Below are positions 1-13,058 of a stretch of 64,000 nt of DNA, one piece after another. Source of the stretch: Botryllus schlosseri (taxonomy: Eukaryota); NCBI GenBank assembly GCA_051294905.1, contig CM119372.1, positions 13,890,001 to 13,954,000 of the forward strand. The letters are read 5' to 3'. Position 1 is the first letter of the stretch. Every line of letters starts with the position of its first letter. Below the pieces are notes generated by a model. That model worked only from the letters and a program-made list of their open reading frames with translations, was not told the DNA's origin and searched no databases. A program made the position numbers and the translations under genes.

Positions 1-895
1 TCACATGTCGCATACATGGATTGACGGAAAGAAATATGTGTCTGGACAACAGTTTGAATCAAACCCATCACGAAACAAATGTCCAACAAGGAGTTGAGTG
101 GCTCAGCTTGCGTGAAATCAGTTGCGACTTCATACAGCGTAGTTATACACACAATTTTTACTACTGGTACGGTCTGTTACGCGGACTGAGTTCAGCATAC
201 TGCATTCACCAGTTCATGGTGCCATACAATACAATAACAACGTTTCTGTCATGATTGAAAAAGTGTCTATCACCAATGAATTAAATAGCTGATTGCTGTT
301 AGTGGTATTCATGGTGTTTTTCGACATAGTCATTGGTCATTTACACCAGGCCTGTATGCTAGGCCTTTTAAGACATCGCTCACGTGGATCGGATGTCGGA
401 GAGGAGCTCCAAGAAACCTCCAACACTGATCTTTGATTAATGACAAAACATAAAATAGAAAATTTCGCAATAATGCTGACACCTCCGAATAGAACCTATA
501 ATAAGTCTCCGTCACATCACGGATAGATTATGAATAGCATTGGTTCTCCCTATGGCGTTGTGAAGTCACAAATTTATATCTTCACTTTTTGCTCTTCAGA
601 TTTCCTGTTTTCTACTGGCAATGGATCTTCGTTTTACCTAAGAACTAGAAACTGCGTGAGCGAATAACTTGTATATCCCGCTTTCAACCACAGTGCGATG
701 AAATTCAAGTCAATGTCATTTTCCATTACTATAGGATTTATGAATCCATACAGATTGATATAAATATAAATGGATCACCTACAACCTTATATAGGATACC
801 ATATACATGTGGTTAGTTATGTTCTACATACTTGCACAATATGAAGCGTACAATGTGCAGCATGTACTATCTGTTGTACATGTACAATTGTATAT

Positions 896-1741
896 CAGGG
901 ATGTCAAACTCAAATTGCGTCGCGTGCCGGATTCCAGCCTTCAAATCGCTCGCGGGCCGGACCAGTCAACTGATTCCAAAATGTTACCTCGTGCACTTGG
1001 TTTTCACTTGAATACCTCAAAAGCATATATAATAGATAATACACGGATCATAAGGTTTTTAAAGTAGCAAGTCGCGACACTTTTATTCGCGAATAATGAA
1101 ATTGGCAAAAATACGATGATTGTCCAGTTAAATACAGTTCAGAACTGCTAAAACAGTGGCGGTAACAACGATAAAAATTGGCATATTCTATACTCCCTTT
1201 GATTTAGCCGTAATCTGGCGTTAGCTCTGCATATGCGATGTGAGAATTACAATATATTTAATTGCAAACGCGGACGTTGCAATTTGGTTTATTATTATTA
1301 CACCGCGAGTCCGATTTCTCTCATGTCAGGAGATCTATTGGGTCCAAAGTGACACAGCAGTACAACTCTAATGACTAGAGATATTTCAATTATATATTTC
1401 TGCAACTAATGTATTTTCGATCTAGACCGCATATAACGGCTTCGCATTGGCGTTTTCGCTTCTGTGAAGTACTACTTTTTGGTCCATATTTGTGCAAAAC
1501 TCTGAACTTCAGTGTGTACCTATAACTTTCTTGAAATTGGATGTCAATTTCACAGATTTGTTGTTACTATTGGTAACTAGAGTGAAACCACAGCCGTCGT
1601 CGGGTGGTTATAATGGTGCCTATTAACAATGGAGGTATTTCCTGCAACAAATCTCAACATTTGTTACAAATGTGCTGGAAAATATAAGGATTTTTCAATC
1701 TACTCAGAATTGCTTCGCGCGCCGTATGTTTGACACCCCTG
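896..1741. mobile_element. Non-autonomous hAT (Buster-type) MITE, family A copy 1
   Basis: TIR CAGGG(A/G)TGTCAAAC; TSD ttgtatat/ttgtacat; homologous along its length to 29646-30545. Confidence 0.85.
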
Positions 1742-2244
1742 TTGTACATTGTACAACCTGTGGAACTTAATGAGTTTTACCGATGTCGTCATTCTAGCGA
1801 TGTATAAGTTGTGGAAGTTGTGATTTCTCTTATATCCCTTATTAAGGGCACAGTAGGGGAGCACATATTGTGTCTTCACGTCAAATATCAGGTGCGCGAT
1901 ACATGCACGTTCACCGGTTATCCAATTAATAACCTCTATGACCCAATCAACAATCTTTCGAATGCCTTCATTGGCAAGCATGAGTCAATTGAAACTGCAT
2001 GGATTCAATTACGCACGCATCTTCACATGTCTATACACTAAATTAGTGTCGCAATTTTCGACGATACAATCTGGCATCAATCTCACATCAGTTTCAACGC
2101 TACCTGCCAGTCACGCAACAGCGATGTCATGTCCATAATTGGCGAGTCACTTATACGCGTTGATAAATACTTCGACATGCTGGATATGACTTGACCTTTC
2201 CAAACTCCTCCAAAACCTCATCGCAGAAGTACTGTTTGTTATAT

Positions 2245-2385
2245 TTTATTTGCAAAAGAGTGGTCCGTCTATCACGATATAAGCGAAAATGTGGTGGAAA
2301 ATAAAACACGTTTAGAAAATAATTTAAAATGAGCCAATAATCGTCAGCGTCTGTGATTCAAATCACAATAAATAATAATAAATAA
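2245..2385 (-). promoter_or_regulatory. 3' UTR AU-rich elements and polyA signal of IL-17 paralog 1
   Basis: Two TTATTTATT nonamers (2377-2385, 2367-2375) and AATAAA (2245-2250) on the minus strand. Confidence 0.55.
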
Positions 2386-2689
2386 CGTGTGGCGCAGGCA
2401 TCGCCTCACAGTGGATCAACAAACGTAATCTATTGAGTCGTAGGTTTGCTGGTTTTTGTATACCTCCCGCAGTACTCGTCATCAGTAAATCTGCCAATAC
2501 ATTTATGGTATGGTTTTCCCCGACATTAGAGCATTGTCTCGATACAGACAATTTCCCAGGTCGTAGACCGGTCGCCATTAAGCCTAATTACTTTAGGGAG
2601 GATTTCCGAAGCACCCGTCTGCATATGTGTAACAGAATTCACCTTGTGTCTAAAATTGTTTCGAGTACGTATTGATTCAATTTGGTGGA

Positions 2690-4878
2690 CTACGTCGACG
2701 CAACGAACAGCAGGGGGTGCGCGACGCAAGTACACGCAACCTTGAACTTTCTCGTTGCGATGGTATAACTCCCGTCGACTTCGCTTTTGTAGAACACGCT
2801 CTGTTCGACTTCAACTGGTACTGAGGAATATGTAAAGGTTTGCCTTCCAGTAGTGGGATCAATACATCCCTTGCACGCGCATTTGCTCTCCAAGATCATC
2901 GTGGGAAACCTGCGAAACACAGAGAGTGATTGAGCGTAATAGCGAGCAATATCAGGACGTATGTTCGTTTGCAGCCGAACTCGTAAGGAGGCGGGACTGC
3001 GAAATAACTTGAGCTGATATTGGCGATGTTATATCGGTAATAGCGTGAAAAAGCTTCAGGGATTTTTCAACGTGCGATCTGCGATCTCGTGATAATAAAC
3101 GTTGGGAATGTCTTTTAAGCCTTTGATTGAACTTGGATCACAGCGATACAATCACAACGCCAGGTCGGTCCATATTCCATATACGCTTGTTAAATATCTG
3201 TTATCGAATGCTAGAAATTGAAATGTAAACTTGGAGTTCAGCTATAAGGTTTAATCTACAGAATTTTTTTTCGTCAAGCAGTAAAAGGGATTTTGAATTT
3301 GCCGATACATTGCTTAAACTGCACTTTAATATATTTTGACCCTGGAAGCAGTGACATCACGTACCACCATGGTATTCTTTTTATTATCGACTTTATAGAT
3401 GTCACTTAATTACAAGAGGCAAGATTGCAAATTTTCACATGCGGTAACTGTTAGGGATCGGAGAACATTTTCGTGTCAATTCCAAGCAGGGATTTTTAGA
3501 AATCCCTGATTCCAAGTTACTTTCTCTGATTATAATACTGAATCTGTTGTCGTCGTGCCAAACTGTCATACCACCCACATATTTTGAAATATACTTCGCA
3601 TCTCACTCTATGAGCGGCTTCTCATCTGCTACCGGTGCGTTTGAGGGCTACATCAACCGAACAGGGAATGTGGAATGAGCAGTTGAACGGAACAAGACAA
3701 TAATTTATTTTATTATTCAGGGCTATACTCAAGCAACCGTAGAACTGTTATTGGTCAACGAAGTAGCTAATTGACGAATGACTGGCTATAAAATTTACAA
3801 TTGAACTGAGTAAACTCATGACTGATGACGGTGTATTCTTATTTTCGACACAAGGACATCGTATAAACATATGCCACATATTGATTAGATCTAACTGTAC
3901 ATAACATTTCATGCATGTTACCGTGACAATGCGTTTTGTTCCTACAGTATATCATTAATCGGCTACTTGTTACGCAGAAAATTACCATCTTCACTAGCAA
4001 TTGTTCTCGAAACGAGCTGGTAACTATTTCCAGAATACTCCCGAATCCCCAGAAGGAAACGTATGCCTTGTCATGGTGTTGGTGATTTTTCAGTGACTTA
4101 TCACTGCTTAGTTCACCGCTAAAACACTTGCTACGTTTGGAATAATCGTCATTAGAATATTGCATATGAATCAGGTATGGCGCCTCGCAAAATAGTAAAA
4201 GTATACGTCCATTTGCGAAGTCTGATTCGACCATTACTTTCTACATTTGGCCACATACTTGTCATTGTAGTCAATCAAAATAATCTCACCTATTCGTATC
4301 ATAGCTGATTTCCGACACGTATGGCGATAGGCTTCGTCTGCCTATATCGTCTTTATACTTTCTGAGATATTCTTCTGTGAAAGTCGGACAGCCGCTGTCG
4401 AAAGCTCGCTTCTTACGCGTCAATGATTTCTGAGATTTCCCGAAAGCATTGGCTGCCGTGTTCTCCCTCGCTTTAGTTATATTGTGCATATATTCCTTCG
4501 TTCTTCTAATCAGTTCGCTGTTCATTATGTTTTGGCATATCAGGCTGGAAAATAGTAGTTTATATATTAGCAGCTGGCATTATTTTACGTGTCACCTGTA
4601 GCAACCGACCTACTAAGATTTTGATAATCCAAGTAATACACATATACTACTCAGTGAAATATTCCCGGTACGCCTGAGTAATAAACTTACAGCATTTCCG
4701 GAGAATTGTCGTGGAATTTCCCCTTCAATTGATTGCAATCAAATTCTTCGTCAATCTGTCGCATTACCGTGTTGACGCTACCCGGCGATAGCCTTCGCCC
4801 ATGACATCCGATCTTATGGATCCCGGGTCCATTAAAAATGAGTACAGCCACAATGCCCAGTAAGAAGCAGTTTTCCAT
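2690..4878 (-). CDS. IL17: Interleukin-17 family cytokine, paralog 1 (3 coding exons: 4878-4691, 4544-4290, 2909-2690; 220 aa)
   Basis: GT-AG junctions (CT|GTAAGT..TTCCAG|C; AG|GTGAGA..TCGCAG|G) join into a 663-nt open frame. It encodes a hydrophobic signal (MENCFLLGIVAVLIF) and the IL-17 motifs CP..RSLSPY..D..RFP..CACKGC..SVPV..CTCV. Confidence 0.93.
3487..3508. mobile_element. 22-bp palindromic TIR-only micro-element in IL-17 paralog 1 intron 2
   Basis: CAGGGATTTTTAGAAATCCCTG flanked by the perfect 8-bp direct repeat attccaag. Confidence 0.7.
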
Positions 4879-4946
4879 GGTTATGATCACTAGCGATTCT
4901 TTAGTTTCGTACGATTCTGATGTTTTCAAATAGTCGAGTGGAGCGC

Positions 4947-4952
4947 TTTATA
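4947..4952 (-). promoter_or_regulatory. TATA box of IL-17 paralog 1
   Basis: GGCATATAAAG on minus strand ~70 nt upstream of ATG; equivalent position in all three paralogs. Confidence 0.55.
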
Positions 4953-5791
4953 TGCCTTTTCATTAGGCCAAAACGAGAGATCTGTGATGTCAGAATCGTT
5001 ACAACAATAGCCTTTTTGCCGAGGTTATGCATTTCGCGGAAAAAAATACACTTTATAACATTCGAATCATCATTCACGGTCAAAAACGAATGAAATTTGA
5101 TAGGGCTCACTTAGTTTGACAATACATTCAAATATTGTAAAATGGTTCCATGTGCTGTAGGAAGAATTTAGTGCTCAATACGAGGGATCCCACTCAGGCC
5201 ATGGCATATATTGTGCCACAGCACAACAATATGTGGTACACCACCCTGGACAGAATTGATAATATTCAAATTTAATGGTTCATAATTTTTTTTAATGTCT
5301 CATTGTTTTCACACATATAGATAGAGGCCTATCTGGCCTGCTTAATATACCGTATCTGTGCAATATATGCGGAATCGAAACTTTTCGTGTCTGGGCTGAA
5401 ATGAAACCGGACTTATGGCAAATCGATGTATCTGTTCCGGGCCGCTATATTTACTACTACGGCATGATGATGAAGTTTTACGACACAAATTATATTTCAT
5501 TAAATGAACGACCGCCATGAAAAAGGATATCCAATCCATACAACTCGCTAGTCGTCACAGAAAGATTTTTTAATTGCGGTTACAGAGTTCAGCTGTGCAG
5601 AATCATTGTGAATCACCGAAGTTCTATCTCGCTTACAATTAAAATCCTGTATGCGTGTCCTGTGTGTGAAATATTGTGATCATGCAATTGGTAATATCAC
5701 AACACGAACTGTATGAGAATACGAGCTTGACTTGATGGGTGCAACATGAGATATTATATTCCGATCTATAAATGCTACACTGTTATGTGGG

Positions 5792-6337
5792 TAGGGTTGC
5801 ATTTAAAACAAACATGTTTAAAACATGGCCCTTGTTTACAACATTTTTTTATTTTTATTTTCTAGCCATGGCGTCATTAATCTTCAATTGTGACGCCACT
5901 GTGGAGTGGCATCGACAATTGCAAATATAGGGTAAATATGGCTCCTTTGACGAAAAGGACTTCCGACCACTGTCATAATAAGCAGACCAAAATATCTCTA
6001 ACAAGGACTACATCGTTTTGCATTTACAGTCGGCGGTCATCATGGTCAGAACACCCATTCCGTACCAATTATGTATATCTGCTTGCTATAACTGTCGAAC
6101 CAACGACGATTTCGAGGTTTCCAGCCACTCCGTATTGTAAACGTCGACTGTATTGGGTTCAAATCGTCCGTATAGGCTCATGCTACATGTTTTTCGAAAG
6201 TTTTTGCACAATTATGGCATAATTATACAACGTTTGAAAAAACACAATTTTCTTAAAAGGCACTTGTTTGAAGCACTGTTTAAAACATGCTTTAAGCAAG
6301 GTGTTTTAAAACAGCGTTTGTTCTAAATGCAACCCTA
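5792..6337. mobile_element. hAT-like MITE, family B
   Basis: TIR TAGGGTTGCATTTA; tatgtggg on both flanks (2-bp offset on the right); related partial copy at ~35280-36161. Confidence 0.75.
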
Positions 6338-9300
6338 TATATGTGGGTATCACTTGCGCGAATTATTTTCTCTGAAAAAAGACGAAGCGGTGTTAGAAAT
6401 GTAAATGTTGCGTCTATTCCTGCGATTGTTTTATCTACAGGGTATTGAATAATTTGTTGTGGCTTTGAACATAAGCATCGGGTTCCTTATGCTCACTGCT
6501 CAATGGTGTCTGTTTTCAAGAGAAAGTAAAGCCAAAATCCCCATTCGTAGTCTGTGTCGACTTAATTCTACGTATATAGTTACATATAATTGAATTACAT
6601 AACACTAATTCGGAATCGCGTAAGTTTATTACTCAAGTTGAACGGAATGTATGAACAACCTCATATAGTTGTTCACCGGTTTACCCGAATAAATATTGTG
6701 CGAATAAGCCTTAATCATTGATGTGATGTACCGACAACATAGTTCTGGAATAAATTAAAAGGAGCTAGTAACTAATAGTGCTCAACAGGATGTGGCCGGA
6801 CTCGCAAATTCCTGTCTAGTGTAGTTTTGAAAGTTATACTTCATTGCATTCCAAGTTTGATATGGAATCTCTATTTACCAAAATACCTCATCTACAGCGG
6901 ATGCCATTTTGTATAGTACATCCTTCGTGTAATGGCACAGACATTTATAATTATTACACTTGACATGCTGTGCTGATTTGAATACACTCATGCGGAAGTC
7001 GAATTCGGATTCGCTGAAGATAGTCACGCATTCGAAGCAGATGACGTACATACATTACTGACGTATAATGGATGTCAGTATTTAAGGCTTGCGAAGCATT
7101 TCCCAGAGTCACGAAACTGAAAAAATAATGCAAATTGTAATTTTGTGGGTCCTTTATTCCGGAAACGCTGTGTCGTGAGGATAGTAACAATGAGGGGGTT
7201 TGCCACAAGGAAATCATAATTGCTTCATTTACTAAACTTGGCAGTTTCCAGTAAAATTTGTAATTCTTTTGAATGCTGCTTCAAGTGTATAGTCACAGCT
7301 GTGCGAAGTACCAGTTTTGGAAGTGCTTGGTGAGGGTATAATTAGTGTTATTTAAGTCTGTTGCTATTTCTTGCGTTATTTAAACATAAATGCATGTCTA
7401 TTTCAGAAGTACGCTAAAATTGCATCGCTTATGCAGTTTCATTCTATAGTTCTCACCCTTAGTCGCAACTGTGGCAAGTCATGTTTCGTAATAACCATAT
7501 CCGCCACACAAAATTATCACTTGGGCTGGAATGTACGTCATGTCATCTATCGATAACACAGTGGAGGAATCTGATCCAGTGCAGCGGTAACGTGTTTGAA
7601 TCCGTGCAGTTCTAACGGAGGAATCAAAGTAACTTAAAATCCAAAAGTTTGGTACCAGTTAAAAGGGAGGGAAGTGGTCAAATCTCGCTGTTTGAATATT
7701 ACTCCTGTTAAATTTGTTCTGAACAGAAAAAAATCCGTTTGTCCTGTAATTTGTATGCTCCGGAATGTGAAAGACACGTCGCGACGTGACCGATACAGCG
7801 ATATCACCCAACTATGGGGTCTACGTTATCTGCGAATTCAAATTCGTCACGGCTACTTTAATTGCAAAGTTCTGATAATTTCAGGTATGCATGATGAGGA
7901 AAATCATAACAGTAGTCAACCACCAATAACCCCTTTCGAATGATAACAACAAATAAACTCGTCCAATAGAACGTATCCTCGTGGTCCGCAGGTCATCCTA
8001 GTGCAAGAGATATGTTATTTTAGCGAAATCTGATCCCTCGCATGAGAGTGTCGATAATAACAAAAACAAAATAATATGAGCTCGTCAATCACCCACAGCA
8101 TTGCGATGCTTACTAGGCAGGGAAAACAACACTTCTATCTTTTCAAATACCTCTGAACAAGGCGCCTTCTCGCTCTTGATTTATAGCACAAATATTTCAA
8201 TGCACTACTTATGATGCCATCAAAGGTAAATGTAACCTGAGCAGAATCGCTTGGATCGCGCGGCAGTATCTGCACTTCCGACTTACACAGTTACATCACC
8301 AGAGCTGACAACACACAAAATAAGGCGTGTAGATGTTCAAGAGCTGCTTATTCGCAGTATAGCTCCGATTCATGCTACTACTCGAATGTTCATGAACACT
8401 GGACACACAGTGGTCGCATCAATTCATGCTCTGACATCCGCCAGTACGCCATTCGCATCAAATCATGATTTTTGGAGCATGCCCGATTGCCCGTACATCG
8501 GGAATGCAAATATCAAGGTTACCGAATACCAGACACAAGATCGCCAAAATTGGTTGCTGAGTGTTCAGTTCATACCAGTAATCCTGGTATGGAGCAAAAT
8601 GTAGTTGTATTTTGCACACCCTTGTAGACGCCCATCAGTGTCGCAACAACATTTGATGTCGCGATAACGATCCAATCAACCAGATGAGATTGTCCGGTTG
8701 AATTATCAAGAGGCGGCAGCCCAACTTAATTGCCACTCTTTACATCGCTACAGTTCCAAACAAAAGAAAATAAACATGTTTCGCCGCGAGTGGAATCCAT
8801 ATTCGTACCTATACACATGACTTAAATCAACCTGTTGGCATATCGCCCAGCGAAGAATATTTCGACAACGTCATACATCGATGATCCGGCGGCATTATTC
8901 CCTATCCAGTCATCGGATGATGCAACCAAGAGAGGCAGTCTGTTGGATGACACGTATAAACTAATAACAAGTCTTTACGTAATGTTTACAACGGACAGCG
9001 CATGAATAATTGTCGAAGTACGCCGTATTTCGCAACGATTGCCTGATTGCTCAATGTTCAGTTTTCGGCCTGGAGTTTGTCGACGGGACAGGTGTGTACT
9101 GATAATATCAACAATAGCGATATTATAGTGCATCATCGGTCATCCCCCAATATGTTTAAACATCGTTACGAAACTAGTGACCACTATATTCATCCATTAA
9201 ATGACTGGGCTTACCTTTATGAGCATAAACATTGGGCAGTGACACATGCTATAACCATAATGTTACATTGTCGCAAAATGAAAGCTCTCTGCCTATTAGC

Positions 9301-9831
9301 TACAGCCGAAAACTTGTACCGACACATATGTGATTTGGGGGTATTCTGAATGACTTTGATTGTTATTTGAGAAGCTTAGTCCACTGAAGTATATCTTAGC
9401 TAGATTAATTCCCGTAGTAGTCACCGAATTCGACTATCAACAATCACCGTTGACGATGCGAATCTTGATGATACATAGGTTCGCGCTCGCGACTTCTGAA
9501 CTATCAAGGTACACAAGCCGAACGTGAACTTGAACATAACGTACGCAGCATCCCTATATGCAAACCTATTTTGAAATGCGATAATTTCGCAGAAATCTTA
9601 ACGTTTGGCTCGCAAATCATTCAGTTTCAACTTCCTATCACTCGCTGCATCAAGATGGAAGTATCAAACGAAAGTCAACATATGACTGAGATAAATCTTG
9701 TAACGAAGAAACGTATACTGCTTCTCGACAATTTTGCTTGTAATATCACGCTATTCCGGTTGTAAATAATAATTTAGATAGTTTCTGGGACTGCTACGCG
9801 ACAAGACCGAAAACTGACTATAGATCTAGAT

Positions 9832-10234
9832 CAGTGATCCTCGACCTTTTTCGACTCGTCGCCCCCATATCAATCTCGACACAAATTGTCGTACCCAATA
9901 TTTACGGATCCGAAAAAGAAGACATACAAACGGGAAATTTATTCACCTAACTCTGATCGCTGGTGAATTGACTATAAAGGAAACGTGCTCGGAAAATCGG
10001 TTTCCTCGACTACTTTCAGTTGGGTTGACCATGTTTTCTTTAGTCAATTTTCGCATCATATGCAGAATAAGCCGTCTTCACGCGCATTTTTTGGCCGTGT
10101 TAATTGAATATATCTCACTGGACGTTCTAAAATTTTCGTCCTCCAATCGCCCGTTTGATATTTTCGACCCCGGGTTTCTCAACATCGACCACTGGGGGTG
10201 GGGGGGGGGATATCGCTCACATTGGGAACCACTG
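9832..10234. mobile_element. Charlie/Buster-type MITE
   Basis: CAGTG..CACTG ends; perfect TSD atctagat. Confidence 0.8.
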
Positions 10235-11282
10235 ATCTAGATCATGAGCTTGTATCTTCCCGCGCATGACATATAACTATGTCCAATGCAACCGCAAATG
10301 ACACGAAGATCCTCCGCAGCAAAATCGTTCCAGCACTCGAAGACTCAGGAGCAGACATGGGGTAATCGCGATTAGTAATCGTAATCGATTACGCGGATTA
10401 CAGCATTTTCAAGTAATCGTAATCGCAATCGATTACATTAGAAAAAAATCCAAAGTAATCGTAATCGTAATCGACTACTTCACATATCTAATCGATTTCT
10501 TTGTGAAAGAACGATTACTTTTTATTTGTAGAATGAATTTGACATAACCGAACATTCGTGAACAAGGAAGAGATATTCTACCTCTACCAGGTTATTGATA
10601 GCGCAAACGGTTGATAATCAAACGCCTCTGCCCATTATTATGTCAGAAGTATTATCTTTGCTCGCCCTTGCGTAAGACGTATCCACACGTAGTAAATATA
10701 TATCCGATGTACATTGTTGTGTGGTTGTTTGAACAGCGTAAGCCATGACGTATGTCAGGTTATCAATACGCTCCAGACGCCACTACCTCGCAGCAAGATA
10801 ATAATCATCATTCTGCCTAGTTTCTAATAGTAACTTATGTATTGATGTTTGGTTATGCTTAGTTAAACGCAGTTTGGCCGTTGCTGCTTGGCGAGCAGTA
10901 GGCCTAACTATGTAGTATACGTATGTATTGTACGTACACCGGACAAAGATTTGAAATTTTGTACTCGTCAAATAAAACATTACGATGGTTATAATCAACA
11001 GCTGCTAATATATATCATAACCGACCCGTTCTTTGCCGTTTCTCGTAACGGCAGCTTGTAATATCTGTATTAAGTGGAAGGTAGAATTTTAAGTTCACTT
11101 TATCTTATTCTTATATGACTCTACTTGAAACGGGCGCCAGTCGTGTCGTTATTTCACAATTCTTCACTCGACATTTATACCTGTCGCCATAGCCATCCGC
11201 TTATATACCATGTTAGCGTGGGCTGTAGGTACAATCAGGACCAAAACAGCAATTCGTCCCCCACTCCAAACGTTGGTATTGG

Positions 11283-11819
11283 CAAGGTTGTAACCAAGTC
11301 ACAAGTCAATATCACTTTTATAGTTTTGACTCGAGTCAGTTCGAGTCATTTTCAATTCACCCCCGAGTCAAGTCCTAGTCTAAGTCAGCTAGTGTACGGT
11401 CGAGTCCGAGTCATAGTGTTTGACTCGAGTACGAGTACGAGTCCAAGTCGTTATGTTCACAGATCAGTTTTCAGATCAATCCGGTTCAACCCACTTTTTT
11501 CAACTCTGCTCGAGTGATATAGAATGGCTCGTATTCATAATATAGTAATTTTCATCAGTTTTCACAGTTAACGGCCCGATTTCCATGTACCAGGACTGAT
11601 AGACGAAATACAAATAATGTGGTAACTTTACTATTCTTCGAAGTGACATGGAATGTCTGTCTTGGGCGTTCTAGTCTCAAGTCATATGACAAAATGACTC
11701 GAGTACAAGTCGAGTCCATACAAAAATTGATTCAAGTCGAGTCAATTTACGCATTTGAAAAAATGACTCGAGTCAAGTCTAGTCACCAAATAATCGCGAC
11801 TCTAGTCATTAAAACCCTG
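11283..11819. mobile_element. Nested MITE with GACTCGAGTC subterminal repeats
   Basis: CAAGGTT..AACCCTG ends; TSD ggtattgg/ggtatcgg. Confidence 0.7.
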
Positions 11820-12639
11820 GGTATCGGGGCCCCATGGTGGTCAGTTTTCAAGTTGGTGACTGAATTTTGTCATAATATCGGTAATTGCATTATATTGCTA
11901 TTCATTCAGATTTACCGGTAGAGCTGGGGGCACGTAATTCATAATTAGGCTATAGCATCTGGTATGTTGCCATAATTACTTTATTGTATGTTGTTAATTC
12001 GTGAAAAGATACTGTAGTCGCCCAAACGTAGCAGACTAAAAGAAAAACTTTTGTGAGACGCACACACAAATTGTCATGTCTTCATTCTTCTTTGAGTGCC
12101 CCGGCTAGCATTTGCATTGTTGGGGCTCAGATTGGAGGGACCGGACTATTCGTCACGCCCACAGAGCGCGGCTACTGACAATGGACACATACCCAAAGTT
12201 TTGACCAAGGTCATTCTTTGGTAGCACACTTTGTGGAGTTGCATGTTGGCCGAAATTGCATATGTCTTTTGGTGTGTCTTGGGGGGGTAATGACCGCCAC
12301 CGAAATCCATATTCCTATAAATTATGCATGTTTTTTTCTTGAGGAGGAGAGGTATGCATTTCAAAATCAAGCTATTTAGAGACATTAAATCCCGAAGCTC
12401 GAAGAAAATTTTCAAGTTAATTAACTCTCTTGAAAATACTCTATAATAATTTATGTTGATTTACGAAATACTTTTGAGTCCCCTAAGAGCTCACTCCCGG
12501 TTCTATTGGGGAGTTTGGGGTGTGGCAGTTACGGACCTGGCAAGAATGCAAATCGTTGGGTGCGACGAATAGCCCTGCATAGAGTTGGGCAATGGGTGCA
12601 TTATGACGCAACAAATGACGTCGTCGTCCAAATATCATA

Positions 12640-13058
12640 TGATCGACCAAAAAGATCATCGCTCTATAAAATATGCCGGACCTGATGTGTGGAACAGTAT
12701 CCCGTCGGCCATCCGACAGTCGACGAGCATGTCCACATTCAAGTCGAAATACAAGCAATGACTATTAAATAAATTCAGTTCAACCTCAAGATTACCGGAC
12801 CACGACTGACCTATTGATCTCGCTTCCCATGACATGCCGCCCTATTCTTGTCGCTTTCTATTTCTATACTATCTTCTTTACTTTCATTCAGTGTGCATGA
12901 CTCCTCTTTACATAGCCTAGGCCAAGGTGGGTGTTTGATTCCATAGACTAATCCAAGTCGCTTCGACATCTTCCTCTCTATTCATTGTATCGCATTTTTT
13001 GTGATGTATTGAACTGATAAAATTGCTAATAAACCAATGATGATGGTGATGATGATGA
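12640..13058 (+). mobile_element. 5'-truncated L2/Crack/CR1-group LINE 3' end
   Basis: Translates to SIKYAGPDVWNSIPSAIRQSTSMSTFKSKYKQ, typical of ORF2 C-termini. Followed by a 3' UTR, AATAAA and a (TGA)n tail. Other copies occur in the window. Confidence 0.75.

Noticed and set aside
2363..2578. Minus-strand ORF containing KPANLRL, resembling paralog 2's RPANLKV
   Set aside because: Short match, lacks the CxC motif and lies in the 3' UTR of paralog 1; likely chance.
4879..4929. N-terminal extension MKTSESYETKESLVIIT of IL-17 paralog 1 in the ORF track
   Set aside because: Starts at TTG within ~20 nt of the TATA box; ATG 4878 gives a proper signal peptide.
8251..9349. ORFs 8251-8604 and 9047-9349 and surrounding coding-like composition
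   Set aside because: No recognisable domain or convincing splice structure; may be an old relic but unsupported.
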